DNA of 63,583 nucleotides, filler included, from a bacterium (GTDB lineage Bacteria; UBP15; UBA6099; JAJRTR01): NCBI GenBank assembly GCA_024278215.1. It is 5 parts of 5 records of this genome, joined end to end, with 100 filler letters (N's around TTAATTAATTAA, not from the genome) between each part and the next. Parts side by side here need not be neighbours in the genome. Positions count along the whole stretch, not along the records: positions 58,027 to 63,583 come from JAJRTR010000136.1; 4 more parts are not named here. One strand, 5' to 3'. Shown piece by piece: positions 62,399 to 63,583 of this stretch (position 1 is its first letter; each line of letters starts with the position of its first letter). The notes under the pieces were generated by a model. It saw only the letters and a program-made list of their open reading frames with translations, ran no database searches and was not told where the DNA came from. The position numbers and the translations under genes were made by a program.

Positions 62399-63583
62399 GT
62401 GAAATGGAATAAGGCGAAATCATCTCGATACATCGCAGGAGACAGGCACGAAGTAGCCGCCTGCACAGTTTTTTTCTTTCTGGCGACCGGGGTGCTGTTT
62501 CTTGCCGCGCCGCCGCTGGGGATTTTGAACAATGCAGATGTCGCCGGTAATCTGAAACATTTCATGGCCTATGCGGAATCGGCGGCGGCGGGACTGCGCC
62601 CTTATGCAGATGTCCGCATCGAGTATCCGCCGCTCGCAGCGCTGTGGCTGTGGGCTTTCGCGCCGTTCTCCGGAAGTTTCGCTCTCTATCATCTCGCATT
62701 CTCCGCTTCGATGCTGTTGTGGGCTTTCGCGGGGCTTGCGGGCGTATGGAGTATTGTCGGTTGCAGCGGCCGGGGCGACTGTTCGCATTTTGTGTCGCCG
62801 CGTGTCACGGCGACACTTCTATATGTGCTTTCGATGGCGGCGGTCGGCCCGATAGGGGGCGTCTCTTTCGATTACATACCGGCGGCGCTGGTGATATGGG
62901 CGGTGGCGGCGGAGCGGAAAGGCAGGGGCGGGGCGGCAATGGTTCTCCTTGCGCTGGGTTGCGGCGTGAAGATGTTTCCGGCGGTTGCCGTTCCGTTTTT
63001 TATTTTCAGAACATACCAGCTGCGGGGGCCGCGCCGTGCGGCGGTCGAACTTCTTGTTTTCGCGGCGGTTTGCTCGATGGTGTTCGGCATCCCGTACATT
63101 ATAGCCCCGGAGGGTGTTGCGGCATCTTTCAAATATCATTTCGGACGCGGCATCGAGATCGGCAGCCTCTACGGTATGATGTTGCTTGTCGGCAAGTGGT
63201 TCGGGCTCGGCGCGGTCGCTGTTTTCAATCATGGCTCATGGAATGTCGCGGCAGGCGTCGCTTCGGATTTCCTGTCTCGAATATCCGGCATGATCCTGCT
63301 GCTTCTCGTCGCGGCGGTTTTCGCCCGGTACGTTTCGGCTTCAAAATCGACGGGAAGGAACGACGGCGGAGTTGACGACGGAGATACATTCCTCAGTGCG
63401 ATAACATGCGTGCTGCTTGCGTTTATAATCGGGTTTAAAGTCGGCTCACCGCAGTTCCTGTGCTGGGTGCTGCCGCTTGTGACGGCGGCGGGCGTGGTGA
63501 CGGCGGCGGGCAGGTCGAGACTCTACATGTTTATATGCGCCGGGCTGCTCGGGCAGGCGGTTTTTCCGTGGTACTGGGAACAA
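62399..63583 (+). CDS. GT87/DUF2029-like GT-C membrane glycosyltransferase (runs off window; absent from ORF track)
   Basis: Manual translation from GTG 62399: GLRPYADVRIEYPPLA, SFDYIPA, GCGVKMFP, YHFGRGIEIGS, KVGSPQFLCWVLP; no stop before window end. Confidence 0.8.
   Translation, partial: MKWNKAKSSRYIAGDRHEVAACTVFFFLATGVLFLAAPPLGILNNADVAGNLKHFMAYAESAAAGLRPYADVRIEYPPLAALWLWAFAPFSGSFALYHLAFSASMLLWAFAGLAGVWSIVGCSGRGDCSHFVSPRVTATLLYVLSMAAVGPIGGVSFDYIPAALVIWAVAAERKGRGGAAMVLLALGCGVKMFPAVAVPFFIFRTYQLRGPRRAAVELLVFAAVCSMVFGIPYIIAPEGVAASFKYHFGRGIEIGSLYGMMLLVGKWFGLGAVAVFNHGSWNVAAGVASDFLSRISGMILLLLVAAVFARYVSASKSTGRNDGGVDDGDTFLSAITCVLLAFIIGFKVGSPQFLCWVLPLVTAAGVVTAAGRSRLYMFICAGLLGQAVFPWYWEQ

Noticed and set aside
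62644-63375. 243-aa Gly/Arg/Cys-rich ORF in the ORF track
   Set aside because: Alternative frame overlapping the GT87-like gene that starts at 62399.

Overview
The window is a concatenation of five assembly pieces (1-16820, 16921-31076, 31177-37390, 37491-57926, 58027-63583) joined by artificial 100-nt N44-TTAATTAATTAA-N44 spacers, so adjacency across the spacers is not evidence of linkage. It comes from a moderately GC-rich, probably anaerobic, LPS-producing bacterium (kdsA, lpxK, waaA) whose DnaK lacks the diderm-type insert. Piece 1 is housekeeping: ileS (type 2), ychF, priA, dnaK-grpE-dnaJ, DUF2851, an M14 peptidase, an Fe-S protein and TPR/outer-membrane proteins. Piece 2 is a translationally coupled operon of at least eight genes: seven GT-C-like membrane glycosyltransferases (three TMTC-like, most with C-terminal TPRs) plus a Dpm1-like GT2; its first gene is frameshifted at an A9 tract. 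Piece 3 has an HD-GYP protein, a catalytically dead RhaD homologue, a degenerate metzincin-like protein and a penicillin-acylase-family gene. Piece 4 has a 5-PAS hybrid kinase, purH, a PLP enzyme, a glpAB/Fe-S/alkyl-DHAP-synthase-like operon, Kdo/lipid A genes, an M20 peptidase and trmL. Piece 5 has an orphan ChaB-phage prohead protease-scaffold gene, followed by a gene whose N-terminus repeats the scaffold's C-terminal motif fused to an unrelated domain, then a membrane-anchored partner, all among RAYT transposase remnants and REPs. This is the best candidate for an undescribed system (capsid-targeted cargo/toxin plus immunity). Intergenic regions carry several REP/MITE families, often nested. 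No rRNA, tRNA or CRISPR array was recognised. All family calls come from motif recognition by eye, not database searches.
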